From the NCBI GenBank assembly GCA_045105515.1, contig JBGCDR010000095.1, positions 1 through 43,717 of the forward strand: a DNA stretch of 43,717 nt, read 5' to 3'. The notes beneath the pieces were generated by a model. That model saw nothing but the letters and a program-made list of their open reading frames with translations, ran no database searches and was not told the origin of the DNA. A program made the translations under genes and the position numbers. This DNA is from Oligoflexales bacterium (GTDB lineage Bacteria; Bdellovibrionota_B; Oligoflexia; Oligoflexales; Bog-1112). Positions 9,232-19,210 of the stretch are shown here, piece after piece. Each line of letters starts with the position of its first letter. Within the stretch, counting starts at the first letter, position 1.

Positions 9232-10913
9232 TATTTGGTATAGTCCCCATCATAAAAGTAACATTTTCCAAACAATTCACATGTAACATCTCTGTCTTTT
9301 GTATTAATTGGGAAACAATCATAGTCTACTCGTACCTGCCACCGAAGAAAACCTACACCAGCCCCAGCAGCAGCAGCTAAAGCGATAGCCCAACCAACAA
9401 AAGGAATAGCTTTTGTCGCTTGGATACCGATCGAGATTCCTATCAATATTCCGTCAAGAATGTGTCCTTGCGTTTTCACTTCGCCAGTTGTCTCACCAAA
9501 AACTAAGTCTGCCATGCCGACAACACCTGAAACAATACGTGTTGCACGAGGACCAAAATTACCCAAGAAAAGTGAAGCACCAATTGCTGTTCCACACAAA
9601 GCATTCCAACCTGGGTTTCTTGAATCTATCGCTCCCCTAAAAAAACTCTCTTTGGTAGCGAGACAGGGTAGCGTTTTGCCTTCGCGATAAAATCTTGTAG
9701 GAACGTATCCCTTTATCCTCGATTTACCATCATCTATCATTTTCACAAACGAATACAAAAACAAGCAAGATGTGCCCTCTCCTGGTATTCTCTCAGTTGT
9801 CGCTGCTCCTGTACAGCTTAGATCAACTTCTTGAAGCCAGCCTGAATTCGGACAGGTCAATACTCGCTTCAAATTATTGTCGTCATCTACGGCGCCATGT
9901 GTTGCTGCAGTTAAGGGCAGGCTAGGAAGTCTTGCTGAGTTTAATTTACTTAAAACTCTACAGACGGGGTTCCCTTGCTCGTTACGCGCAACAAGGACTG
10001 AACCAGCAGGACAATTCTGAGATACATTGTGGCACAAAACACCTTTTTCATTACTTCGGCCCGGTATCGGTGAATAAGGAAATCGACACTCGCAATTAAT
10101 ACTCCCATCACTTTCGTATCCAGCAATGAAGGCTCCAACATTACACTCATAGTCAACAAGAGTATGCCGAGGGAGTGAAATGGATTCAGGTTTTTTTGGA
10201 AAAGTTCCAAGACGAAAATCTGTTTTTCCTGTATCTAGGGCACACTCCTGGTTAAATCTTCTATGAATCAATTGGTAAAAAAACTCGAGATCTTCTGCTC
10301 TGGTACAAGTACTTGCATCGTCGCTACAATATGGATTAACATAAACAACTGCTTCAAAGGGAAAACAGGGAGATAATGCACCTGTTTCTCCTCGCAGATT
10401 GTATCCAACTTTTTTGCTACTTTCACCAGAAATTAAACAGCTTGGATGACTACTTTCAGGATTATCATCTGGGCAGTTTTTCGCTTGTCCACCGTTGGGG
10501 GGTCTATCCGTTTTTTCGGATGGATATTGAAAATCTTTCGGAGCTTTTAGGGGTAGCTGAGTCAAATTATAATATCCATCAGCATCGGTAGTGATATTTT
10601 CTGTCCGCCTACAGGTTTGGCCTCTTAAATCATCGCCATTAAGACAGTTATGGAGGAGCGCATGGCCGTCGGAATAATTTTTATTGTCAGCCTGTAACTT
10701 AATAATCTGTGGATTAGTTATAAAACTAATAAGTGTTTTTGCAAGCTCATCACGTGAGGTTTGCATACTATTTTTCTTGAGGATTGATCTTGTGTTATCT
10801 TCAGAAAGGCTTGATAGTCCAACAAGTGTCAAAATTCCGGTAACGATAAACATCGCCATCACAAGTGCTGAACCTTTTTCTTTCTCCTTGTTTTTAATCC
10901 AATTTAAGCGCAC
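9231..10913 (-). CDS. PilX/GspK-like Cys-rich minor pilin-like protein with hydrophobic C-terminal inserts (likely GTG start at 10913)
   Basis: KEKG|SALVMAMFIV class III-like signal lacking Glu5; shares Cys motifs with the two upstream pilins; AAGG RBS before the GTG. Confidence 0.7.
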   Translation of the reverse strand: MRLNWIKNKEKEKGSALVMAMFIVTGILTLVGLSSLSEDNTRSILKKNSMQTSRDELAKTLISFITNPQIIKLQADNKNYSDGHALLHNCLNGDDLRGQTCRRTENITTDADGYYNLTQLPLKAPKDFQYPSEKTDRPPNGGQAKNCPDDNPESSHPSCLISGESSKKVGYNLRGETGALSPCFPFEAVVYVNPYCSDDASTCTRAEDLEFFYQLIHRRFNQECALDTGKTDFRLGTFPKKPESISLPRHTLVDYECNVGAFIAGYESDGSINCECRFPYSPIPGRSNEKGVLCHNVSQNCPAGSVLVARNEQGNPVCRVLSKLNSARLPSLPLTAATHGAVDDDNNLKRVLTCPNSGWLQEVDLSCTGAATTERIPGEGTSCLFLYSFVKMIDDGKSRIKGYVPTRFYREGKTLPCLATKESFFRGAIDSRNPGWNALCGTAIGASLFLGNFGPRATRIVSGVVGMADLVFGETTGEVKTQGHILDGILIGISIGIQATKAIPFVGWAIALAAAAGAGVGFLRWQVRVDYDCFPINTKDRDVTCELFGKCYFYDGDYTK

Positions 10914-10942
10914 GTTAGTTCCTTTCGCTTCCTTAAGTACCT

Positions 10943-12160
10943 TTATCGTTCTTTGCAGCACTTAATAATGAACTTGCATTCAAGGCGACAGGTTTCCTCA
11001 AAAGACAAGATATCTTCATTTGCTACCTGGTTAGTGGTAGTGCACGTACAGTTTCCAAAATCTCCATCAGCATCATAAGAAGGGTCACCTCTCACCTCAG
11101 TCAGCCACCCATTAGGCTTGCAATTAAAGTCAAACCCAGTTACAGATTTATCCCAGCATAAGACTGGTTGGCAGATCTTGTCACCTTGAATAGTAGTCCC
11201 CATATAACGTTCATCTGGACCACATTGATGATTTTCAAGGATGCATGGCCCGTCACCAAGTGCAGATGGTGCTTGTCTATAAGGAGGCAAACACTTGCAG
11301 TTAGGATTACTATCCTTTATGAAAATCAATGTTTGATTTTTAGGACAGTTACCAATGTAGTCAGAATACCGACCCAGTTGAGCAACATCTATGGGAGTAG
11401 CATGATCAGTTGAATGCTCATCTGTAGAAGCTTGGCCGTTTAACCAAAAAGTATCATCTCTCGGAATATTAGGCAGTTGTCGCCGAAACTTAGTTTTCCC
11501 TCGCTGGTCTTTCTTATGAACATGAGTAACTTGATAACGGACATTAATCGTTTGCGCTCTATGACAGTTAGCTGCTAAAGGTATGGTGTAGCTATCAGAT
11601 TGAACACCCTCACGGATTTGATTGGCACCTCTTGGACAGGTAGCCCAGAAATAAGTTTTGACATTTATAATACATTTTGGATCTCTTGAATTACAACCAC
11701 GTTTGCCAGTAATATCGTACCAGAGCTCATTTTTTCCCCCAGATATTCGCCGTCTCTCAGCATTGTAATTATCAAGATCTTTGGGTGGTACGTACAAATC
11801 AAATTCCACCTGTTTTTCAGGGTCAATTGCATCGCAAAAAGTCAAATTTGTGTCAGATCCTCGTATTTTATTCAGTCGGTAATCATTATCCGACCCTAAT
11901 TCCCGCGTCCAAACACAGTTTGCTAATTCTCGATTTGAAGCTTGAGCTGCACTAAATGCAATGGCTTCAGGGTTTTGACTTACTTTATCCAAGCGTTTAG
12001 CAATAGTTCTCATTACTTGGAGAAACTGTATTTCTCTTAAATTTTTTCGTGATTGATTATAATAGGTAAAACCAAGAGTGGTCACGATGGATAAAACTCC
12101 TATAGAGACCATCAATTCTACGAGGGTAATTCCTTTTTGATTGTTTTTATTAAAAGTCAT
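10943..12160 (-). CDS. Prepilin-type N-terminal cleavage/methylation protein, Cys-rich
   Basis: NQKG|ITLVELMVSIGVL. Confidence 0.88.
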   Translation of the reverse strand: MTFNKNNQKGITLVELMVSIGVLSIVTTLGFTYYNQSRKNLREIQFLQVMRTIAKRLDKVSQNPEAIAFSAAQASNRELANCVWTRELGSDNDYRLNKIRGSDTNLTFCDAIDPEKQVEFDLYVPPKDLDNYNAERRRISGGKNELWYDITGKRGCNSRDPKCIINVKTYFWATCPRGANQIREGVQSDSYTIPLAANCHRAQTINVRYQVTHVHKKDQRGKTKFRRQLPNIPRDDTFWLNGQASTDEHSTDHATPIDVAQLGRYSDYIGNCPKNQTLIFIKDSNPNCKCLPPYRQAPSALGDGPCILENHQCGPDERYMGTTIQGDKICQPVLCWDKSVTGFDFNCKPNGWLTEVRGDPSYDADGDFGNCTCTTTNQVANEDILSFEETCRLECKFIIKCCKER

Positions 12161-12172
12161 CTTAAACTACCT

Positions 12173-13462
12173 TTACCCCCCAGAGCCTTGCCAATTTGGT
12201 TGACAACAATACATCTCTTTCCTGTAACAATCAAAATATCCAATACCGACCGCGTCAGTTTCGATATCAACACCAGCTGTAAGATCGAAATTTCTCTTAT
12301 AATGGTCCCACGATATCTTGCAAGTACGTTCCTGGTCTCCTAAATAATGACAGGTAAAATCACATTCTACGTTAGTGATTTGAGAAATCCAGTGCGAAGC
12401 AGAACATTTATCATAAATCTCCATTTTACGGCAGTTGAAAGCTTCTTGCTCACCTACACAAATCAGCTCTTTTCGGCCTTTACCACCAGCATTTATATCG
12501 ACATCTCTGCCCCCTCGCAAATCCACATCCCTAATCCCTCGTAAATATTCATTTGAACCACAAGCTAACTCTTCCGCAGTGAGAATCCTACAAACTGGTA
12601 CCGTTAATCCTGTTCTTGGGTCCTTTTTCTTCTCCACTTGGATAAAAGGATAAACACACTCACATTTGGCTTTTCCAGTTTCATCAAATCCCGCTAAAGT
12701 TGCGTAGAAACCTTTATTTTCAGGGTTAAAGTCGTCTACGCCTTTTATCCCGCTACCACATTCACTGAATTTTTGTGGACCAACTATTTGGATCATAGAC
12801 ATTGAGGTATACCTCCTGACCTTGGGATAAGGAGGTAGCTTCCGTCCGAGAGAAAGAATAGCTTTATCTTCTGTATCTACTTGTCTCACTTGGTAAGAAA
12901 AAAATACTTGAGTGGCTCCGTTCTCACAATTAGGATTTGCTGGGTCATCAGGGCAGCTTACATAAAAATCTGATTCGGCTGCAAACACGCAATTATCTTC
13001 ACCTTCATTACAAGCTTTTCCATTAATATCATAGAAAACCTCTCCTCCATTTTCAGGATTGGTTATCGCTTTACCACTAGTCCCTGAAGAATTGGTCACT
13101 TTGTACAAGCCAAAAGTATGATGCTGGGGATTTAAAGGGTTGACTATACTTTTTTTAAGGACGTCACTACAATTCGATCCAGGTTTGCTAGGTAATTCTA
13201 TCCCCAGGACACAAGCTGCCAAAGAAGGGTTCTTATCATGCCTTGAGACACTGAAAAAAATATCAGCTGGAGACTTTAAGCTGTTTTTTATGACTATTGC
13301 AATACGCTTTTGGATATCCCGTAATCGATTCTTACGCTTACTTTTTGAAACCTTCCCAAAATAAGCGTTAGATGCAGCCATGGCTATGGCTAGTACTGAT
13401 AAGGCGACAAGGACTTCTACCATTGATACACCTATTTGCGATTTTTTTCTTCCTAAGCTCAT
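12173..13462 (-). CDS. Prepilin-type N-terminal cleavage/methylation protein, Cys-rich (start at 13462 or 13501)
   Basis: KKSQIG|VSMVEVLVALSVLAI; paralogous to 10943..12160 (FYDINGKAC vs WYDITGKRGC). Confidence 0.85.
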   Translation of the reverse strand: MSLGRKKSQIGVSMVEVLVALSVLAIAMAASNAYFGKVSKSKRKNRLRDIQKRIAIVIKNSLKSPADIFFSVSRHDKNPSLAACVLGIELPSKPGSNCSDVLKKSIVNPLNPQHHTFGLYKVTNSSGTSGKAITNPENGGEVFYDINGKACNEGEDNCVFAAESDFYVSCPDDPANPNCENGATQVFFSYQVRQVDTEDKAILSLGRKLPPYPKVRRYTSMSMIQIVGPQKFSECGSGIKGVDDFNPENKGFYATLAGFDETGKAKCECVYPFIQVEKKKDPRTGLTVPVCRILTAEELACGSNEYLRGIRDVDLRGGRDVDINAGGKGRKELICVGEQEAFNCRKMEIYDKCSASHWISQITNVECDFTCHYLGDQERTCKISWDHYKRNFDLTAGVDIETDAVGIGYFDCYRKEMYCCQPNWQGSGG

Positions 13463-13513
13463 CTTATTTAAGTACCCAGAAATAAAACCTAAACTTTTCA
13501 CCTCGACACTTAC

Positions 13514-13540
13514 ATATCGGCTAGAAGGAAAAATTTCTTA
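13514..13540 (-). promoter_or_regulatory. Sigma-28 (FliA)-like promoter of the pilin operon
   Basis: TAAG-N15-GCCGATAT vs consensus TAAA-N15-GCCGATAA. Confidence 0.55.
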
Positions 13541-13752
13541 AGTAGTCATGCAAGGCTTTGAATAAAATGGATTTTATACCTAAATAACAGTAAGTTACAT
13601 ATTATCTACAAATCTATGGTGCCTCGGTTTTCTAAATATTGTCCCTTTATTGCACTTTAATTACCCGTATAATAAGTTAGGGATTTCATTCTCTGTTTTT
13701 AAAGTAAAATACCGTAATATATTTTGTATACTTACCCCCACCAAGGAAAACA

Positions 13753-15192
13753 ATGAATTTAGAGAGTTTAAACAGGCACTTTCAAGACTTGCCCACGTTT
13801 CATGACCACTGTAGTCTTAGGTATGTGCAAAAAAACTGTCACAGTCTGCAGGTAAGGCGTCACACCCTTCAGCCGGTACACTATGAAATCGACTCAGGTT
13901 ATATGATCTCTGTCCATAAGAACGGAGGGTATGGGTATGCAGCATCTTGTGATCTGAGGCCTAGTTCCTTAAAAAAAACCTATCAATTGGCATTAAAAAG
14001 AGCCGAGTACTCTTCTAACTTATCCATATTTGATTTTTCCAAAATAAGGCCCGCAAATTCCAAAGGTATTTATAAAACTTCCCTGCATAAGCTATGGAGT
14101 GAAATAAGTTTCACAGAAAAAGTGAACCTTTTAAAATTGCTCAACGAGAAGCTCAAAGCTGATTCCAAGGTTGTTGAATGGTCAGCTTCACTTTTTGATC
14201 TTAATGAAAAACATATTTTTCTTAATAGCTCAGGAGCACAGTGCGAGCAAAATTTTCAATTTTTTATTCCAAACCTAGAAGTCTATGCAAATGATGGAGC
14301 AGATACGGTATACCGTAGTTTAAAGGGTCGAGGCTTCGCTAAGCAACGTGGTTTGGAACTTCTGAATGATTATGACTTAGCAAGCATAGCTGAAGAGATC
14401 GCCCAGGATGCTCTTGAGCTTTTGGCTGCCCCAAATTGTCCCAATCAAAAAACCAGCATCCTCCTCGATAGTGACCAAATGATGTTACAAATTCATGAAT
14501 CCATAGGACACCCCCTAGAATTAGATCGAATCCTAGGAGATGAGAGAAATTATGCTGGCACTAGTTTTGTGAACTTGGAAATGTTTGGAACTTTTCAATA
14601 TGGCTCCCATCTATTAAATATTAGCTTTGATCCCGACCCAACTGACGAAATTGCTAGTTATGGGTTTGACGATGAAGGTTATAAAACAAAGAAAACGTAT
14701 CTGATAGAAAAAGGAATTTTAAAGAACCCATTGGGAAGTCATCTATCAGCTTACCGCACTAAGCAGGACACAGGCTTAGCAAATGCAAGAGCCTGCAGCT
14801 GGAATAGACCACCTATTGATAGAATGGCTAATATAAATCTTGAGGCAGGGGAATCAAGCCTTGACAATTTAGTTGCAAATATAGAGCAAGGTGTATTTAT
14901 GAAGTCCAACTCTTCATGGTCTATTGATGACTCTCGCAATAAATTTCAATTTGGCTGCGAATGGGGTAGACTTATCGAAAATGGGAAATTGGGAACAGTC
15001 GTCAAAAAGCCGAACTACCGTGGATTATCTCAAAGTTTTTGGAGAAATTTAATTGCGGTCGGTAACCAGGAGACAATGGAAACTCTTGGAACCATTTATT
15101 GTGGAAAAGGAGAGCCTAATCAAGCAATTCGAGTCGGCCATGCATCTCCAGCTTGTGTTTTTAAAGATATAGAAGTGTTTGGAGGAGTTTAA
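13753..15192 (+). CDS. tldD: TldD family metalloprotease
   Basis: IHESIGHPLELDRILGDE (HExxxH), YGFDDEG, PIDRMAN and CGKGEP motifs. Confidence 0.92.
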   Translation: MNLESLNRHFQDLPTFHDHCSLRYVQKNCHSLQVRRHTLQPVHYEIDSGYMISVHKNGGYGYAASCDLRPSSLKKTYQLALKRAEYSSNLSIFDFSKIRPANSKGIYKTSLHKLWSEISFTEKVNLLKLLNEKLKADSKVVEWSASLFDLNEKHIFLNSSGAQCEQNFQFFIPNLEVYANDGADTVYRSLKGRGFAKQRGLELLNDYDLASIAEEIAQDALELLAAPNCPNQKTSILLDSDQMMLQIHESIGHPLELDRILGDERNYAGTSFVNLEMFGTFQYGSHLLNISFDPDPTDEIASYGFDDEGYKTKKTYLIEKGILKNPLGSHLSAYRTKQDTGLANARACSWNRPPIDRMANINLEAGESSLDNLVANIEQGVFMKSNSSWSIDDSRNKFQFGCEWGRLIENGKLGTVVKKPNYRGLSQSFWRNLIAVGNQETMETLGTIYCGKGEPNQAIRVGHASPACVFKDIEVFGGV

Positions 15193-15195
15193 GGC

Positions 15196-16515
15196 ATGCA
15201 AGATTACTTTTATAAGATTTCAGATAACTTGTTCAAACAATTGGTTGCACAAGAGATCCTGCTCCTTAACCTCCAAGGTGAGGAATCGGACTTTACTCGT
15301 TTTAATCAAAGTAAAATTAGACAATCAGGGCTTGTTTTTCAGGAATTTTTAAGTATTGAACTGCTTAAGGGAAACAAACATGCGAGCGGTAGTTTAACTC
15401 TGTCTAAGGACCTGCAAGAAGATTTGCAATGTATTAAATCTATGCTAGGTTCCTTGCGAGATCTTATTAAGGAAGTTCCTGATGATCCACACCTACTCTT
15501 CAATACTAAATTACAAAATAGTGAGTACTTAGGTGAAGCCACTGAATACGAGAGTGAGCACATCATTGCTGAAATATGTAAAAATGCTTGTAAGCAAGAT
15601 TTAGTTGGATTTTTAGCTTGTGGAAGAATCCACCAAGGCTTCGCAAACTCTTTGGGACAAAAAAACTGGTTCGAAGCTGATTGCTTCAATTTTGACTGGA
15701 GCCTTTATCACCGAGCAGACAAAGCTGTAAAAAGCCAATTTGCTGGAACGAAATGGGACCAAAACAAATTTAGCCAAATTTTGTCCCAAAACCAAAATCA
15801 TCTTGCAAACCTAAAGCCGCAAGCTAAAACCATTAAACCTGGTTCTTACCGGGTCTATCTTGCCCCAGCTGCCCATGCTGAGATTATTAGCTTATTAACT
15901 TGGGGAGGATTTAGTCATAAAGCTCTCGCAACAAAGACTTCTCCCTTGCAAAAGTTATTTGAAAAGAAGGCCACTTTCTCACCTAAATTTGGCCTATACC
16001 AGGATAACACTCATTCCATGGCTCCCAATTTTGACAGCATGGGCTATGTCTATACTCAGGACTGCGGGATCATTAAGGCTGGTAATTTCTCTCATGCCTT
16101 GATTTCTCCCAGAACTGCTAAAGAATTTGATCTCGTTCCTAACAATCCTGGATCAGAAACTCCTAAAAACATAGTATTGGAAGGAGCTACATTAGAGCCC
16201 GAAGCTATCTTAGAAAAGCTTGATACAGGAATCTATATTAGCAACTTGTGGTACTTAAATTATTCGGACCATAGCAACGCCCGCATAACTGGTATGACTC
16301 GCTTTGCTTGCTTTTGGGTTGAAAACGGTGAGATCAAAGCTCCTATAGAAGTCATGCGTTTTGATGTAAGTGTTTACGATATCTTTGGCAAGGGGCTCAT
16401 TGACTTGTGCTCGGAAAGTGAACTGCTATTAAGCAATTCGAGCTATCACAAGCGGAATACATCTTCATTGAACTTACCGGGAGCTTTGATCAATGATTTC
16501 ATGCTGACTCTATGA
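15196..16515 (+). CDS. tldE: TldE/PmbA family protein (non-catalytic partner)
   Basis: 3 bp after tldD; TRFNQS, PGSYRVYLAP, LWYLNYSD and ITGMTRFACFWVENGEI motifs; no HExxxH. Confidence 0.85.
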   Translation: MQDYFYKISDNLFKQLVAQEILLLNLQGEESDFTRFNQSKIRQSGLVFQEFLSIELLKGNKHASGSLTLSKDLQEDLQCIKSMLGSLRDLIKEVPDDPHLLFNTKLQNSEYLGEATEYESEHIIAEICKNACKQDLVGFLACGRIHQGFANSLGQKNWFEADCFNFDWSLYHRADKAVKSQFAGTKWDQNKFSQILSQNQNHLANLKPQAKTIKPGSYRVYLAPAAHAEIISLLTWGGFSHKALATKTSPLQKLFEKKATFSPKFGLYQDNTHSMAPNFDSMGYVYTQDCGIIKAGNFSHALISPRTAKEFDLVPNNPGSETPKNIVLEGATLEPEAILEKLDTGIYISNLWYLNYSDHSNARITGMTRFACFWVENGEIKAPIEVMRFDVSVYDIFGKGLIDLCSESELLLSNSSYHKRNTSSLNLPGALINDFMLTL

Positions 16516-16529
16516 ACCTGCTTGTAGCT

Positions 16530-17198
16530 TTAGATTAAAAGAACAGATAGTTGGATGCCAAAGGTGGCTGGCGTCTTGTCTTTCTCATTCTTACTGAAAA
16601 AATTCTCATACCGGCCTGCCAGCTCTAGATGGGTGTTGGAGGTCCGAAAAAACCTAATACCAAGCAGCATGGCACCTGCAAAGCCAGAAGTAGTCTCAAT
16701 TTTTTTTCCAGCTGCATAGGCAAGACCAAGTTCTGCTCCGAGCATAGGAGTCACATCACCTGCAAATGGCATATAAGCTCCACCTAAACTGACACTGGAG
16801 GTATGAAACTCCCCATCCTCTGCAACATTTGCTCCCACACGAATTCGGACTTCAGCATATTCCGAAACCTCTCGGTGGTTTGTAGCGGCAAAAGAGTACA
16901 TCATTACGTTGGAACCAAGCTGGTATGCATAGTAAGGACCTAAGCCATATCCCCACAAATTAAGGGAGGACCTACGACGTTTAAGCTCAGTAATTTGGGA
17001 AGAAGCAATTCTACCTACTTGTAAATCATTCTGTGCTCTCAGCCTTCCTTGCTGGTAGCTAAGCACATGAGAGTCAGCAGTATATTTTTCAGCAATATCG
17101 GAGCCAGAACGGGTACTAGCCAATGCTTGGCTAGTAAATATCACAGCTGCAGAAAATATGAGTGGTAGTCTTTTTTTTAAGTAAGCTGATGGGCGCAT
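16530..17198 (-). CDS. Putative small outer-membrane beta-barrel protein
   Basis: Signal peptide (ALA|S); alternating amphipathic strands; C-terminal FGIQLSVLL. Confidence 0.6.
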   Translation of the reverse strand: MRPSAYLKKRLPLIFSAAVIFTSQALASTRSGSDIAEKYTADSHVLSYQQGRLRAQNDLQVGRIASSQITELKRRRSSLNLWGYGLGPYYAYQLGSNVMMYSFAATNHREVSEYAEVRIRVGANVAEDGEFHTSSVSLGGAYMPFAGDVTPMLGAELGLAYAAGKKIETTSGFAGAMLLGIRFFRTSNTHLELAGRYENFFSKNEKDKTPATFGIQLSVLLI

Positions 17199-17649
17199 AG
17201 AAGCCTCTTTTTCTTCGAAAAAAGCAGAAAGATAATTGGCCAAGACAAGAACCGCTTTTTGAATGCAGCGGGCAAGCGTGGCACCGTCTTTATATATATT
17301 GGATAACTAAAAGTCTTTCAAGTTTCTTAGCGCCTCCGAACCATACTTCACATTTGGATCAATAGCCCAAAATCGAAATTTTAAAGGGCTTGGACATGGC
17401 ATCATACACAGTCCTGAAAGACAGCATAGACTCCGACTTTTGTAATATTGTAAGCTAAGTCTTGTTAATACTATAGATTAGTATGTTATGTTTGAAAAAA
17501 TATAAAGATTAGTAAAGTTTTTATTAAGATAGTATGAAAATACCAATTCAAGATAGAATACAATTGAACTTTTTCTGTCTTATTCTATATTTGATCTATA
17601 GCTATGATCTCCGCAATTTATACTCCAACCCGCATATGAGGACACTGCA

Positions 17650-17865
17650 ATGCACAGCTTGTTTAGTAAAAATGAGATCGATTGGGAACAAATTGCTGCA
17701 GCATTCGGCAACTTGCTAGAATTTACCAAGGCCCAAATTGAAAAAGCTTTGATGTGGATGTGCGAGAACCCAGATAAAGTGGTTCTACTTTTGTTTGCGG
17801 TAAACAAGGCTTATCGAGGAGATTTAAGCTCGCTTGCTGATATTGGAAACATCATCATGGCCTAA
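17650..17865 (+). CDS. Small hypothetical protein (71 aa)
   Basis: GAGGA RBS 7 nt before the ATG; amphipathic helical composition; fills an intergenic gap. Confidence 0.5.
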   Translation: MHSLFSKNEIDWEQIAAAFGNLLEFTKAQIEKALMWMCENPDKVVLLLFAVNKAYRGDLSSLADIGNIIMA

Positions 17866-18194
17866 ATACCAACTTGCAAAGCTTTAGCAACTCCAGTTCA
17901 TCATCACTGCTAATTTTTTTAAAGTAATTTGCCATTTTAAAAATATTTCTTATAAAAGCGCCCAATGTATGGAATCCTTAAATTGTTCTAAAAATCCACT
18001 ACTGATTCTTAGAACCACAATGGCTGGATTATTATTTAATAATTATAATCTCTTATGTTGTACATTTTTACCAAATGCGTACCTTTTCTATTAGTTTTTA
18101 ATGGTAAAAGATTTGTAAAAACCAATTTGCCCCTAGCAATATCATCGAGTTTTGTTTTTCATAAACATTGGAGGAAAATTAATCTCATGGGAAT

Positions 18195-18923
18195 TTGATG
18201 ATGGGTATTATTTTTAGGTTTTACTTTTTACTTTTGTTTAAACTGTTTGTGAGAATTATATACCGATTTGATCAGGTTTGGATTAGTCCAAAGCCAGAGC
18301 AATTCAAAGATACTAAACTTTTCGTACTGCTCAACCATACCAGCCTTTTTGAGCCTCTATTGATTGGCGCATTTCCCAACTCACTCCTGTGGCAAATGGC
18401 TAAAAGATTTGTTTACCCGGTAGCCGATAAAACTTTCCGTCGCCCCTTCGTTGGCTTTCTTTTTCGTTTATTTGCACCACAAACGGTCTCTCTTACCAGA
18501 AATAGAGACAACAGCTGGGAACACTTTGTTGGTTTAGCAAAATCGAAGAACAGCTTCATAGGCATTGCCCCTGAAGGTAGGATGAAACGCCTTAATGGAT
18601 TAGATAAACATGGTATGCCCATGAATATTAAGAGCGGGGTGGCAGACATCATTAATATGCTTGACTGTGGTAAAATGCTTGTTCTGTATAGCGGCGGACT
18701 CCATCATATCCAAAGTCCTGGCTCTGGTATTCCAAAACTATTTAAAAAAGTTCATTTAAAGTTTGAGATTTTTGATATAAACCAATATAAAGAGACCATG
18801 ATTAATTCAAGTAACGAAAATCGATTCGGCAAAGCGATTATTTTAGACTTGGAGCTGCGTCGCGATTTGAATTGTGTCCCTGAGGCTGAGTGTGAAGGAA
18901 AGTTAGCCGTTAAAATAGTTTGA
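18195..18923 (+). CDS. PlsC-like lysophospholipid acyltransferase
   Basis: NHTSLFE (block I, HxxxxE variant) and IAPEGR (block III). Confidence 0.8.
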   Translation: MMMGIIFRFYFLLLFKLFVRIIYRFDQVWISPKPEQFKDTKLFVLLNHTSLFEPLLIGAFPNSLLWQMAKRFVYPVADKTFRRPFVGFLFRLFAPQTVSLTRNRDNSWEHFVGLAKSKNSFIGIAPEGRMKRLNGLDKHGMPMNIKSGVADIINMLDCGKMLVLYSGGLHHIQSPGSGIPKLFKKVHLKFEIFDINQYKETMINSSNENRFGKAIILDLELRRDLNCVPEAECEGKLAVKIV

Positions 18924-19165
18924 TATGAGGGAAATTATGGTTGCACCTATTCTGTCTCAAATCTAATGAACTTAAAAAATTTACATCATTTTAATTGCTT
19001 ATCTAGTCTTGATGGTTTCCCTATTTAGCCTATCAGGATGATTTTATATCATTCCAGACTCCAATTTTCTTTTGCTAGGCACTGCTTTACTAAATCTAGG
19101 CAAACACCCTTATCGCCGACCGAGAGAAGCTCGTTTTTCCTAGTCATAATCCACATGATTTTATA

Positions 19166-19197
19166 GTGTACCTCGTATACTTGTACACAAGGTACAC
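19166..19197. promoter_or_regulatory. Candidate LexA operator (32-bp imperfect palindrome)
   Basis: GTGTACCTCGTATAC-TT-GTACACAAGGTACAC; arms 13/15 complementary; ends 2 bp before the lexA RBS AGGAG. Confidence 0.65.
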
Positions 19198-19210
19198 CTA
19201 GGAGTCACGT

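Noticed and set aside
17279..17296. Sigma-54 promoter (TGGCAC...)
   Set aside because: The -12 element reads TTAT, not TTGC
13753..17865. RiPP/microcin cluster around tldD-tldE
   Set aside because: No YcaO, radical SAM or exporter gene, and the 71-aa ORF lacks a Gly/Ser/Cys-rich core
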